This document shows positions 12,214-26,319 of a stretch of 64,000 bases of DNA, piece after piece; the first letter of the stretch is position 1, and the number at the start of each line of letters is the position of its first letter. The notes under the pieces are model-generated. The model worked only from the letters and a program-made list of their open reading frames with translations. It did no database searches and was not told the origin of the DNA. The DNA is from Eledone cirrhosa (taxonomy: Eukaryota): positions 175,212,001 through 175,276,000 of the forward strand of contig OZ024740.1 of NCBI GenBank assembly GCA_964016885.1, read 5' to 3'. The position numbers were made by a program, and so were the translations under genes.

Positions 12214-13773
12214 TCTGAATGAAGTTGTATATATATTATAGTTATCCATTTTCTCGCCTCATGGAGTTAAATCTCTGATTTATTCACAAATATTTTGTAG
12301 TGATAATTCAGGCATCGTTGTTCTTTGCTCAATAGTAAAACACACACTTCGTAATTTCAGTTTTCCACGTGCTTCATAAACTTTCTATTTGTACTATATA
12401 AGTCTTTATATATAATTCTTTATATATGCTAACCTTGACGGGATTTGGGCTCAGAACGTAAAGTCATAATATTAATAATAATATTTCTACTTTTGGCCAG
12501 CAATTACCCCAGTGCATCCAAAATGTTAACAATTTAGCAAAGGCTATTCAAACAGTTTCATTGAAATATCTAGTAATACGAGATTTCCTTCTCCATTTGC
12601 ATCTTCTGCTTGAAAGTTAAATGGCGGTGAGAAATTTGTAGAATCCGAAAAGTTGTGACTTCAAGTTATTGCCTAACATAGCATCTTTTTCTGCCGTTGT
12701 CTTACATGTAAAGGAGCCATCGAAGGAATCTCTACAGCAGAAATGATGAACCTTTTTAGTACCATGGGTTAATTTCAACTACATAAGAAGGCTCATAAAA
12801 TAGAGGGCGCATTTGTGATGAGAAAAATAATGCATCTCTGATTTTAAAAATTCATTGGTATAAACTATAAAATGTCATAATCCATTCATTAGTTATGGTT
12901 TAAATATCAAAACCCTAAAGATGTCTTACAACAGTGGTTCCCAAGCTTATGTTGCTGCAGAACTTATACGATTTTCCAAAATCGTGGGATCGTTACCTAC
13001 CTGAAAAAAGAAATTCGGACCACTAGCTGGGAATTACTCCATGCAACGGACTGTCATCCAGTTCATGTGGTTGGAGGGGGTTCTTTCGTGATAGGTCTAG
13101 GGCATCTACCATTAAAACACTCGAGAAATTTCTTATGAGATGCATCTTCTTATGAGACTAGCTAAACCTATATAAGCGGGAGCTGTAACAACAACAAACT
13201 TTACAATGCTCGAAGATTTACTTGCGGCAAAATGGATGCTTAATGTGAAAATAATTTTTTTCTGGAGTCAAATTATCAACAAATAATTTCGATTCATCTT
13301 ACAAAAGGCTAAATTACAGAAGCTGCGCCTATTGTAAAAGGATCTAAAACAAGACTTCTTGATTTTATGAAGAAAACATTGGATTCTAATAACATAGTAG
13401 TGTATCATTGTTATTCGCCAACAAAATATGTTAACTTCATGAAAAATATCGAAGGATCTCGTAGTAGAATATGATGGCTTATTGACCCATTTTAAAGTTT
13501 GTTTAAGAACGCATGCTTAAGCACTTCTATGTGTTGAACTATGAAATGAAACCTTTCATGGATTTTAAATGCATTCTGATCATGGTCGTAGTGGAACAAA
13601 TATTTTCATGTGATTTGACATTTCCGCTGGATATCACTTGCCACATTCAACTGTCTTTCTCCATGATAAACAAATATTCTCAAAAAATCTGACCTTTTCT
13701 GGATTCAAAATGCATACAGTAGCAGCTATACACTCTTTATCAAACTCATCTTGGGTGTGTACTTTCAATATTT

Positions 13774-13816
<43 letters not shown>

Positions 13817-13821
13817 TTTCG

Positions 13822-13855
<34 letters not shown>

Positions 13856-14889
13856 TATCATCTTATTCTTCTTGTAATTAGCTCAAACACCCTATAACAT
13901 TCCTTTGATACGGACGTAGTTTCATTAATATGTCTTTTGAAAATTGATTGCTCTTTTTAAATTCCTGGCTTATGATTTTCGTATTTCTTATGCTTGGTCA
14001 AATAGCGATCAAGATTGTACATTTTATAAAGTACATCCGAATCTTTACAAATAAGACATATAAACTTTCCAATTTACTTCAATGAAAAAATAATTATCTG
14101 TTAATTTTTCATCAAACAAAGAAGCATCATCAGAAAATATTTCTCTTTTATTTCTACTGAACTATTGCAGAAGAGTTTCTTTTCATGCACTTTACAATAT
14201 TGATTTATTGGATGCCACATGGTCGAAAGATTAAGAATTTCGATTCATAAGTTCTATCCCATTACGTGGAAACTTGGGCAAGTGACTTTTACCATAGCCT
14301 CAGATAAGTCTCTATACTCTTTTTGAATACAATAGGGTGGACTGGAGTCTATCGGATAAACTGTATCTATAATTCCAAGGGCACGTCTTGTCAAATACTG
14401 TGTTGCACCCAGTGGCGTGCAGAAGATTGGTGGTGTCTGGAGCTACCCTCTTGTTTGTATGCCCTTAAATCTCAAATATGTAAGCGGGAAAGTGCTGAGA
14501 GATGTGCAAAGAAAACATTTTAAAATCAGCCACATTTATTAAGACTGGTTCTCAAAATGAAACCTCTTGTCAGAAAACAAGCATACACGTCTTTGACTAA
14601 GTTTGTCATAAGCATTGAAATTCAAGTTGATAAATTTCTAACCAGGCGTAGATTTGGATGGGCGCTGCGTTCAGTAGCCGTATTGGAGAGCGCTGCTTGA
14701 CTCTTTGTTTAGATTTCCCATTAACCAGACCCAATATGGATGCCATGTGCAGCCGAAACCCATGCCCTCTTCTCTGAGAGAAACTAGTAAAATAGTAAAT
14801 CAGCTGCTTAATGTTAAATGTTAATCGATTGTAATTTTGTCATCAATTTATTTATTGTGACTCATAACCAGCGAGTAAAGACTCCCTTC

Positions 14890-15120
14890 GGACACGAATG
14901 GCCATGAGATTTGCACCTAGTAAGTTCCCATCAAAGGTACAAGTCCGGGCAAAGTTGTTTGTGGAAAACCAGCAGTTGCCTATGCATACCAGCCTCCCTT
15001 CTCCACGCCACCGATGATGTTCAAATAAAGTGTCTTGCTCAAGGACACAACGCATTATCCGGTCCGAGAATCGAACTCACAACCTTCCGATTGCAAGCCC
15101 AATGCTCTAACCATGCGCAT
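14890..15120 (-). mobile_element. tRNA-derived SINE, internally deleted
   Basis: Reverse-complement homology to 56165-56490. Confidence 0.7.
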
Positions 15121-15197
15121 TCAATGTCACAAGATAAACATTACGGCTACTAAACATTTGTTTACTTCTTTAGTGTTTTGGCATTATCGCTTAAACC

Positions 15198-15505
15198 AGA
15201 GGTAACTCTTTGGGCCACCGCCCTCCTCACGGCCACGTAATAACCTCAACACCCCCACTCCTATTTCCAAGGAGACCTGCCTGCACGCAAATTGTAAATA
15301 ATATATAATGAATAAAATCGTTAATTTATATACAATAATTTATATAATATATACTATGAATAAATAAATATTATATATTTTTTATTTTACTACATTTCTA
15401 TATATGTATCATTTGATATTTAATATACTATTATATTATCTCTAGCGCCCGCTGGAACTTCTCAACGCCCCCGGGGCGCGGCATCGCCATCTTTGAGAAT
15501 CTCTG
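15198..15505. mobile_element. Probable hAT-type MITE
   Basis: Ends CAGAGG... and ...TTTGAGAATCTCTG, GC-rich subterminal CGCCC motifs around an AT-rich core. Confidence 0.4.
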
Positions 15506-17969
15506 GCGTACACGGATGTAGGCATCGCAGAGTGGTGAAGAAATTCGCTTCGCAATCGAGAATTCATGTATTCAATCACATTACATGGCACTTTGGGTGT
15601 CTTTACCATAGCCTCGAGCCATGGGAGTGAAATTATGTAGACAGGTACTGTATGGACGCCCGTCAGGTGAAATTTACCTGCAATTCATAGGTCCACATAT
15701 TGTATCACACTGGTTCAGGCTGGGAATTTCATTAAGAGCAGTCGTATTTATGGGGTATTCGATGTCAAATTGATCGGACGACTGAATCCTCATCGTCAAA
15801 ATTAACTCAGGGTCTATGATTAAGGCTTAAACAATTTGTTTGTAAAGAAATGTCGATTTGAAATTAGAAAACCAGGCGAAAAGTTTCGCCCGCAAGCGTG
15901 TGTTCCATACCTCTGCTCAATTTGGTGACTCGACTTGATAGAATTAACAGCAAAATCTCCATGAAACAATATTCTGTAATCTTAAAAAAAAAAATAAAAA
16001 CACAGATTGAATGGTTACCGCTGCAACGCATTTGACTATAAGCCAGCTTGTTCGAGATTGATGTGGGACTATACAACGCAAACTTGAAAAAAAACTGCAT
16101 GTCCTATTTTCATCAAAAGAAGACAGTGGGATGGCAAGGCTTTCTTAGCAACACACTAGATCCATGACATCATGCCTGATGGTCCGCAAATATAAGATGA
16201 ACAGTTATGACATATATCTGTTTATGGGCTCATGTATGTATAATATTATCGTTCATCAACATATTTTTATATACACAGAAACTCGTTAGCAAATCATTAT
16301 AACAAATGCTTTCTCAGGAACCACGGCATGGAGGCGAGGTCGGCTCGGCCCTCGCCTACACATTATTCGATATAATCTTTCAGCACGACAAAAAGAGATA
16401 TCTAGACCAGCAAGCGTGCGTGTGTAAGACGACTTACTCATTCTTTTTTACATCAAGAAACGTCTGTATTACCGTATGCCATTTTTAAACAGCTTTTTTT
16501 AGGCTATATTTAAAATGGCAGACTCTAGCTAGTATTTTTTTTCTTTTTTTCTAAGCAAAATTGTTCACAATCATCGACTTGGAAACTCTATTGAATAAAG
16601 GTCATTGTTGCCTATTAAAAAAAATCACCCAGTTTTAAACTGTGACTTTCCTTCGACGTTATGGTTCACCTATAGTACATATCAACAACTTCTTTACCAA
16701 GTATCCATATGCACTCCGTGCGACTTTACTGGCCCGTGAAACCGATACCTATTCCAGTTCCTTACATTCTGAGTTCAAATCCAGCCGATGTCAACATTAC
16801 TATAGTTAAACATTACTATAATTATAGTCAACATTACTATAATTAAAGTATTATTGCATAATGCAGAGCAATAAACTGACGGACTCGTTAGACTAGAGCA
16901 AGAGACCTCATAGTATTTTCCAGGCTGTTTTCGTTTCGAGTTTAAATCCTACCGTAACCTATTTGGTTGCTTTACTTAATATGATGCCCGGTTTCACACC
17001 ACTACCAGACACTTGAACGACTTTGGCAGAGTCAACACCTATAATGAGAATTTGGGTTTGAGGATATTTTCTGCCCACCCCTTTACCAATCTAAGAGGCC
17101 CTTAAAAGAAAGCCACGGACGCCGCCTTTTCTCCCAACCAAGTGATAAAACGAACACTGTTAAATCTAGAACTGTTTCGCAGTTATAGTGTTGACGAGCT
17201 ACCGAAAGGAATATATGAATAAGTATTTCTAGCATTGGCGCATGGCCACATTTTCAAAAGAAAGAGCTTAATCGATAGAATCGATCGAAATATATTATTA
17301 GTAATTATATTATTGACTCCGGAGCGATGAAAAGCATACTGAACTCCGGTGGGATTTTAATTCAAAATCTAAAATAATGTAAGTAAACTTAGAAAGGTAA
17401 AATAATAAGTAAATTACTGCAAAATGTTTTGTTAACCCTTTCAATGCCATATTTTAAATGAAAGCCACTGCGTATGATTTTAAGTAATGTAACTAATTTT
17501 CTTGCATAGTAAAATGATGGAAGTTTTTCCCCCTAAATATAGGTGGGGTAAAGGACCTTTAAATCCTGATGGAGTCGGTGAACACCTTCCTAACATATGA
17601 CATGTCTTGGACATTTTAAACCTGGTAGAACCCATCTCTCCCCAAGTCGGAATACAACAAATTTCTTCCAGAGAAAGAATCGATCCCAGTGATGGACAAC
17701 TACTCTATCGATATCGAAAGGATAAAAGACTAAGATGACTTCCGCGGGATTTAAATTCAGAGCACAGTAAGCCGTGCCGGAACAAACACCGAAGCATATT
17801 TCATCCGACGCCCAAGCGACTCGCTGCCATAGCTAAATATGAACACGACAATAAACAGCTTAGTACCGTAGAATCTGGAGCGGTTTAGTATTATAAGGGC
17901 TAAATTTGTCAAAGCTAAGGCATAGAAAATGCCACGCTGAGGACCTCAACTCGCCATTCTTATGGCTAT

Positions 17970-18255
17970 ACATGTCACTCTAATGACTATAACACGCCAC
18001 GCTAATGATTACTAAATGTCACGCTAATGTCCACAATATGTCACGCTAATGCCTACAAGATGCTATGCCAATGGCTACAACACGTCACGCTAATGATTAC
18101 AACATGTTATGCCAATTACTACAACACGTCACACTGATGACTACAACACATCACGCTAATGACTAACACGTCACGCTAATGACTACAACACATCACGCTA
18201 ATGACTAACACGTCACGCTAATGACTATAATATGTTATGCTAATCACTAAATGAC
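17970..18255. repeat. ~20-22-bp minisatellite (CACGTCACGCTAATGACTACAA)n
   Basis: About 13 degenerate tandem units. Confidence 0.9.
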
Positions 18256-18394
18256 ATTGAGAGGCGACCATTCCCGTCAATAACAACATGTAAGTCTTTA
18301 TATGTATGTATGTTTGTGTGTATGTATGTATGTATGTATGTTTGTGTGTATGTATGTATGTATGTTCTTCTGGTTATATAATTTTATAATTTTT

Positions 18395-19251
18395 TACCAA
18401 TAGAGAGAGAGTCAGTTTCTAACATAGATACAAGACTCTCTCATTAGGATTTACACAACATCAACTAGGTAGATATGTATGCATGTCTGCATGCGTGCGT
18501 GTGCTGGTGTGGATGTTATTGCATGTGTGGATGTTTTTGTATCTGTACATGTGTACATGCAGTTATTAGATGCAGAATTTTAGGAATGTTTTACATATTT
18601 TTACTGTTCCATTAATGGATTGTACTTGTAATGTCCTAACTAGTCGTGTTCTTTTTGTTTCTGTAAACCCCAGCTTCTCAAGATTTGTACGGGGGCAGTT
18701 ACTAACATAGTCCAAATAATCACAGGTATGAATCTGAAGGTATAGTCAGTGTGGAGTATCTATAGTGAGGGTGGAGTATCTGCAGATTTCTCATTAGTTC
18801 TGCATAGATATTCTCCTTTTCACTAATCTTTAATATTATATTGGCAACTGCTGGGCAGCTAACCTCCACTAAGTGCATGCCTTCTTTTCCCTGACCCATA
18901 TCATTATATCTGGTCTGTTATGCTTGCATTATATTGGGGCATTTTATTGGGATATTTTAATGTCCTGGGTATGACATTAAACTGCATCCGGTGGGAGTTC
19001 AAGAGCTGTGTGGAATGTGGAGTTACCCTTTAGTTGTTATCACTCCCAGGTCTGCTCTGGCCCGGAGTAGTAGTACCTGTTAGAGCCCCATTTATAGGTT
19101 AAATAATTACCTCATTCGAGTGGCGCCGGTAAGCTATTATCAGTCACTGAAAAGAACCATGGAGAGTGTATTTAACAGCACTAGGGTTAGAGCCCTTAAC
19201 TACAATTTATTGGGGGTTTTGACTGGAACATTCCACCAGTACTCTTTCATA
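18395..19251 (-). mobile_element. 3' part of an RLE-clade non-LTR retrotransposon, interrupted by a ~250-bp repeat at ~18958-19205
   Basis: Minus translation KEYWWNVPVKTP..CKHNRPDIMIWV..LVEVSCPA..NI..K..EKENIYAEL, a restriction-like endonuclease motif; (CATA)n beyond the 3' end. Confidence 0.7.
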
Positions 19252-19292
19252 TCTGTTAGACACGCAGTGACTAACAACGGAATGTCTGCATA

Positions 19293-19347
19293 TCTGATCT
19301 GATCTGATCTGATCTGATCTGATCTGATCTGATCTGATCTGATCTGA
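19293..19347 (+). repeat. (TCTGA)n microsatellite near Helitron 5' end
   Basis: About 11 perfect units. Confidence 0.95.
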
Positions 19348-20522
19348 CAATATATGCGTAGCTTGTGAATAAAAGATTCAAGGGGTATCGCTGGCCGTGG
19401 CGATTCCTTCCAAACATGTTTTGTAATGTATCGTCTTATTGACTAATTTCATCGTCTTATTGGCTAATCAACCAACGAGAGTAATTGTTGCTCAAAAGCG
19501 TTTTGTTTGCACATTTATCTATCGTTTCGCTTTCGAATCTCTCTCCTGTATTTTGTCGTTTCATCATCAACATATTTTTCTCGTTTTGGTAAGTTATATT
19601 GTTAATTTATATATGATTTTTTTAATTTATATTAACTATTTGTTTTCAGTTCGTTATAACATGCTTAGAATATTGGTTGTATCATATTTACTTGTATATA
19701 TGTCCATATTATTGTTCGTTTTATGTTAGATTATTTTATTATTATTATGTTAGATTATTTTTTTATTATTATGTTAGACTATTTGTCTGTAATATTTAAT
19801 TTTTATTAATTCACCTATAACAATTATTATGTAAAATATATTTATTTAATATCTTTGTATCTTGTTTCTCTTTATATAGTGCAATGGAATATGGGCAGGG
19901 TTCGGATTGTAATACAAACTGCATTTTCTTTGTAAAAATTTGTAAGAATAATTTTTCTAAAAACTTTTTAATAATTTTTTTTTCTAAAAACTTTTTTCTA
20001 AAAACTTTTTTCTAAAAACTTTTTAATAATTTTTTTTTAATTTTGTTTGTAAAAGTTTGTACAAATATATTTAAAACTATCGTTTTTACAAAAGCTTGTC
20101 AATTTTTTTTTGTAAAAAATTTTAAAACAATCCAAGATATCGTATATTCAATAATAAATTGATAATTTATAGTGATCTGGCAGTCATATTATGATTGTAA
20201 ACTTTGTAATTTTGATTCAAAAATAACTTTGTAATTATAAAATTTTGTAATTTTGATCTAAAATAACTTTGTAATTGTAAAATTGTGTTCTAAAATAACC
20301 TTGTAATTGTAAAATTTCATATTTTTGAAATTTGTGCGCAAAAATATCAATTTTTAATTTAATGTACTTAGTTTACTATGATAGTCAACTACAGGTGTCA
20401 CGTGCGTTTAATATATTCGATCGCAAATTGGCGTATTTATATCTGAACATAAGTATGACAAATGTTATTTCCTCTTATTTTGTATTTATTTAAGCTACTA
20501 ATAAGTATTTATTTGCAGGTTC

Positions 20523-23500
20523 GTGATGTATCCCGCAAAGGAATCGGAACCCGTCACCGATTTTGGTGTCCCCACTGCCGATGTGAATGAGCAGTGCCGG
20601 ACTTGTGAATTAGGTCTTGATGTTGCGGGCAGTTCATCTTCTTACAATCATGCGGTCCCACAAGCTTGTTCGCATTGCTGTGCCAATAATCTGCCAGATA
20701 GGCGTATTAAATTGGACGCGAAAGCAGCTTACCGGATGCGGAATCGGGAGAAGATGAAACAAAAACAGGCCGATTATAGAGCTGCGAATTCGGCTAAAAT
20801 AAGGCAAAAACAGGCTGAGCATAGATCTTCAAAACGGCATGAGTTGGCAAACAAGCAGGCCGAGTATAGATCTGCAAATTCAGTCGTTATATCTTAAAAA
20901 CAAGCCGTGCGTAGTACTAGGAAACGTACCGAGTTGGCTAAAAAGCAGGCCGAGTACAGATCTGCGAAGCGAGATAAAGTATTGCAAAGAAAGGCTGTGT
21001 AAAGAATTGTCAATAAAGATAATATACAGTCTTATCAGAAAGCTTACTATAAATACAAAAATGTTCTTCGTAAGCGGTCTTTGCATCGAATAAGGAAACT
21101 AGAAAAAATGCTTGACTTCCGGATGCAGCATCAGATCTTGGTGCACAGATTTGTTAAGTCGTATAAAAAGACGATAATCGACACCAATCTTCGAAAGGAG
21201 GCACATATTCACGTGCAGTGTGTGTTCTCCAGATACGTTGGTATGCGCAATTTTCTGTGTGTTCAACTAAATATAAAGGTGAAACCTGTGCACGCATTGA
21301 TTGAAAAGGTCAATGCTAACGGTTTGTTGCACTATTGCGGAAATGAACATTACCACAGTTTCACCAATGAGCTTGCTAATTTTGATAAAAGCACCGCAGA
21401 ATACATGACAATAGACGAGTTTAAAAACCAGTCCGTTGAGAAAGTCCGAATAGTCGTTACCGATATTGAGGAGACGGACGACTTTGTGAATGAAATGGCT
21501 AATGCGGGTGAGCAGAATGATGTGTCTAAATGTTTGGTTAGACCTTGCGGATCTTCCATACTAGATACTTGTCCAGATGACTCAGCCGCTCGTCTAGCTT
21601 TTTGCCAAAGAATTCACGATAAACTGGCAAAACTCAATCCCGATATGACAGTTGCTAAAATAAGGCAGTTGATGGAGAAATATGAGTCTTGCAATGTTAC
21701 TCATGATGATGATCAGCACTGTATTGGTCAAACTGGCTGAACCAGTGAACTTGGCTTTTTGAAATCGATAGCAGTTCACTCACCAAAGTTGCGCACATTG
21801 CTGAGAAAATCTACAAAGTTCGTTCCATATGTATTTGGCTCAACAAGTACAATGAAGCCGTTCTCGATCGCGATTGGACAAACTTTGAGAATTTGACTGA
21901 CGTTGCCAACATTGAGGGTGATATTGCGGTTCAATTCAATGATATGTGCACCGTTTTCAATGATGTCGAACACACTGATGCAGATGTTATTGATAAATAT
22001 GGTAAACAGGTTCAAAGATTTGAATCTGACATTAGAAAGTATCAAATCCGACATTGCGATATCTGCAAACTGCGCAAATATCGCAAGGAGCTAAAAGTTT
22101 GGGATAGTTGGAACTCCAAATATTTTAAAATGGCCGTTGCAAAGCATGCAATAACTACCAACTACTCTTTGCCTTGCACGGTGTGCACAACATGCGCTAC
22201 ACATTTGCGCAAGAGTCGAGTGCCTTCAATGCCTTCGATAAACGGCTTGGACGTTGCTGCAGTCCTCCAAAGAACTTGCTGATCTCAACACGCATGAGCG
22301 TATACAACGGGCCAAATGTTTCGTCAATATCCTTAAACTGGTACCATACTCGTTCAGAGGCAATATTTCGGCATGCATTTCGGCTATTAAAGGAATTGTG
22401 ATTCACTTGCCTTTGCCTATGGACGGAACTATTAACCGCACCGTAGATACGTTACCTGCGCTTCAAGACGACATGCTTAAAATAGTCGTTGATAGCTTGC
22501 CTTCACGGAAACAAGTCATCTGGCGTTCAATTGTAGATATAAGCAAAGTAATGAAGGCTCTTGATTGGCTTGCGGCAAACAAATTATGTATGTCGATGTT
22601 AAGATCAATCGATACGCCGATACGGTGAATGAAAACATTGTAGAGTGCTCGGGAGTTAATGATGCCAAATTCGATAATCTTTTGCTTAAATCGAACGCTG
22701 ACATTACCTATGAACATCACACTGTTAAAGAGATGAATCCGTGTCTCCCTGCAGACACTGACTTGGCCTTGTACACAATGAAAAGAGTGGAAGGCGATTT
22801 AATTGTAGACAATGATAAAACGCTTGATTTGATGTGCTTTCCTTGTCTTTATCCAACTGGTCAGTTTGGCATTTTCGTGGACAATAGACCGTTTGGCGCT
22901 GTAAAGCCATACATGTTCATAAGAAACAGACTGAATCATTTCGGCGAGATATACAATATCTCATGTTTTGTCTTGATAAAGCCGACAAGAGAGGCATTGA
23001 TTCCGGTATATATGCCATAATGAAGACCACCAAAAACAGACGCATGACTATAAGCGAGTTTAGAAGGCGGCTTGATGAAAATGACAGGCACCTTGAGGGC
23101 AATTTCAATATGATGATGGCCAATGTCCGAGGTTCCAAGCAGTTTTGGTCTAGAAAATGTTCAGACTTGATGGCTATGGACGAGAAATTTGGCCCGGCCC
23201 ACTTGTTCTTAACTTTGTCTTGTGCAGAGTACTTTTGGCTTGATCTGAGAGAGTTTCTGGAAAAGTTGAACGCTGACATACCAGGCATTGCTAGAAAACG
23301 CAGCAATGAGTTGTGCGCGGATGACGTTGTGGCCGTTAGCGAGCATTTTTACTATCGGTTTACCACCTTTATGAAAGAAGTCGTTAAACATACTAATTCT
23401 CCGTCTGGTATTGTCGAGCACTTTTTTTTTTTGGAGGTTGGAATACCAAATGAGAAGTGCTCCGCATGTTCACATGAAATTGTGGATTAAAGATGGCCCG

Positions 23501-24486
23501 ATTATGAAAGAGACGACAAGAGTGCTATTCAGACGTTTGAACAGTCCATGATCACTTGTCGCATGCCCTCCAATGTAGAAAGTCCCGTTTTGTCAGACTT
23601 GGTGTCGCGCTTTCAACGACATGTCTGTAGTGGATCCTGCAAAAAGCAAATATTTTCGAGTGGTCGTTTTCACACTCGATGCAGGTTTGGATTTCCACGT
23701 CCCGCCGGGAAGTTCAATTTGCTTAGTGTCAACGAGAGTATAAAATCTCGGCACAAAGGTAGAGTTGTCAAAAAGTTGTACAAAGTTGACAGACGACAGG
23801 GGGAAGAGTGCATCAATGACTACAATCCTCTTGTTCTGTATGTCTGGAAAGTTAATGTTGATATTCAGTACATCGGTGAAGATAGCATGATTCTAAACCG
23901 ATATGTTACTAGTTATCAGACAAAGTCCGAAAAGACTGAAACTGAAGGCATTTGGGCTGAGATTGACAAGTCCAAGTCCATTTACACGAGATACAAGCGT
24001 GCCGAACTTAAGCTGATGAGCAAGCGCGATATAGGCGCCTATGAGGCTGCGGACAAATTGCTTGGCCACCATTTCTATGAATGCTCTAAAAGCGTAATTT
24101 GGATTTTAGCCGATTTGCCTAGCTACCGATCCCACAGGTTCAGGCCTCAGTATGAACTGGACAAATTGAACCCGTATTCCACCGATCTTTATTATGAGAA
24201 TATGGTTGAAAATTGGTATCCAAACAGGCCCGATTCGATGGAGCACTTGTGTTTGTATGAAATTGCGAGTAAATACGAACATGTGAAACGAATTGATACT
24301 AGCAATTTTGATGACGACTTGAGGTTGAGAAACAATCTTGGCTATTTCAAATCTGTCAAAGAGCGGATTGTAAAGTCGCCAAACATTAGATTGACTGCAG
24401 ATACCTGTGAGCGCTATCACCAGAACCTGCTCATACTCTTTAAACCTTGGCGAGACGAGGAAAAAGACTTGCTGGGAGGTTGTTAG
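20523..24486 (+). pseudogene. Rep (HUH endonuclease) half of Helitron RepHel protein, frameshifted
   Basis: Zn-finger HCDIC..CTVCTTC..P..SING; KV.KALDWL; VRGSKQFW..DLMAM..GPAHLFLTLSCAE..W; motif 2 FWRLEYQMRSAPHVH (~23425-23475); HVCSGSC, CRFGFP, YNP..L..W..NVDIQY; motif 3 YVTSYQTK. Confidence 0.85.
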
Positions 24487-24531
24487 ATTTATAAAGAGTC
24501 TTTTGAACAGTGCGCAAATAATTTATCTGAA

Positions 24532-26150
24532 ATGGTCAGGTTCCAGAATGTGCGCAAACGTTTAGAGAATGCGCTGGAACAAGGCAAACATATTCCAAAG
24601 GCTGATGACAATGATGACCATTCTTGCGGTGATCACATGGAGGCGTTGGCAGTTGATGATGCTAATGACAATTTGCCTTGCATGAGAGATGTTGCTGAGG
24701 ATGCACTGAGAGATAAAGAAGGCAAACTCAATGAAGTGCAAAGAAAAATTTATGACGATATCGTTGCCGGTATTGACAAACAAGACAAATACTGGGACAA
24801 CAACAAACCTTATCCGAGATGTAGTTGCGATGATTGTCCACAAGTCTTGAAATTTGTTTCGGGTGTTGGTGGCAGTTTTTTGATAAATGTACTGGCTGAT
24901 AAAATTCAGTACATGTATCCAAATGACAATGGCTCGAACGTAGTGATATCGGCACCTACGGGAATGGCCGCTTTCCAACTCAACGGCATGACTGTTCATC
25001 GGATGCTAAAGCTCAAAGTGCAGCACGGCAAAACTCCCGTGTATGATGATCTACCAAAGGACTTTTTGAAAATGCTGAGGATGGAGCTTCAGTATTTCTG
25101 ACTGTTTATAATCGATGAGATTAGCATGGTCAGTCACTTGCAGTTGGCATTCATTCACTTGAGAGTTTGCTTTCGGACGCATGAACATTGTTGTTTTTGG
25201 AGATTTGCTTCAATTACCGCCTGTTAGAGAAAAGCCGGTGTTTAAGAAAGTTACTCACCAAGATGCACAAAGATCGTGCATAGGCGTCAGCAGCCACCAT
25301 TTGTGGAGGTACTTCAAGTACGACGAGTTGACAGTCAACATGCGTCAGAAAGACGACACGGATAATTATGTTGACATGCTCGCCCGAATCAGATTGGGTT
25401 CACCGCTTGACTCTGATATTCAAATTCTGAATGAGCACAGAATTTATCTCAATGGCAAAGCTTCCATTGATCAGGTTGCTTACAAAATGTGCGAGCTGAC
25501 ACAGGCTTTTGATTTGAGTATCGTATGTATCATGCCTCTAAACGAGTCAGTAGAAAAGTTTAACGCTGTAATGCTCGATAAACTTGGCATTAATACTGTC
25601 GAACTTACGGCTATTTATTCGAAGGTGAGGCAAACCAAAGGTAAAAAAAAAACTAAAAGTAAAAAGTTGACCACCAAGACTTCTGATACTGCTGGCCTTG
25701 AAACTGTTCTTAAAGTTGGCGATAATGCTCGAGTTATGCTTAAACGCAACATGGAGGTTGGCAAAGGCTTGTGCAACGGTTCAATATGAACTGTAAAGCA
25801 ACTCAATTATGAGTTTGGAAAAATTACTTCCATTGACGCTCTCTTTCAGAGTACAAACCAAATCGTTGCCATCAAACCTGTCAAAGCCGATTACGAATTG
25901 TCTCCTGGTGTCTTTATCACTAGAGAACAATATCCCCTGTCCATTGCATATGCAATTTCTATCCCCAAGTCGCAGGGAATAAGCGTCGATGGAGTCGTTG
26001 TTGATTTGGGCACTGACGTTTTCGCAGACGGTATGGCCTATGTGGTCTTGTCTAGAGCCCGCAAACTGTGCAATGTTTACTTGATTGATCTTGATCCAAC
26101 GAGTTTGATCATGTGCGATTCCAGTGCTTGGAGAGAATACAACTATTTGA
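24532..26150 (+). pseudogene. PIF1-family SF1 helicase of RepHel (Walker A partly deleted, frameshift, stop at 25787)
   Basis: LNEVQ, GVGG-SFLI (GxGKS damaged), SAPTGMAA..GMTVH, IIDEISMV, FGDLLQLPPV, LTVNMRQKDD, RVMLKRN..GLCNGS, QYPLSIAYAISIPKSQG, YVVLSR. Confidence 0.9.
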
Positions 26151-26319
26151 AAGAGAGCATTAATATGGAACTGCTTCCATTGTGTAACGTGAGGCCTAAC
26201 AGTATTGGACAGGCCAAAAAAGCAACTAAAAAGAATAAATTTGCTATTAATATTGACATTGAAATGGTCAACTTGGCGAATTCGAAAAAGGCCAGAACTG
26301 ACGAAACGGTTGCAAAACC

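Noticed and set aside
12520-14200. Possible decayed hAT or other transposase region (CAGTGGTTCCCAA at ~12932)
   Set aside because: Could not recover a diagnostic protein motif or a matching second TIR by eye
17970-18255. Regularly spaced ~22-bp repeats as a CRISPR array
   Set aside because: No unique spacers, eukaryotic context and no cas genes; it is a minisatellite
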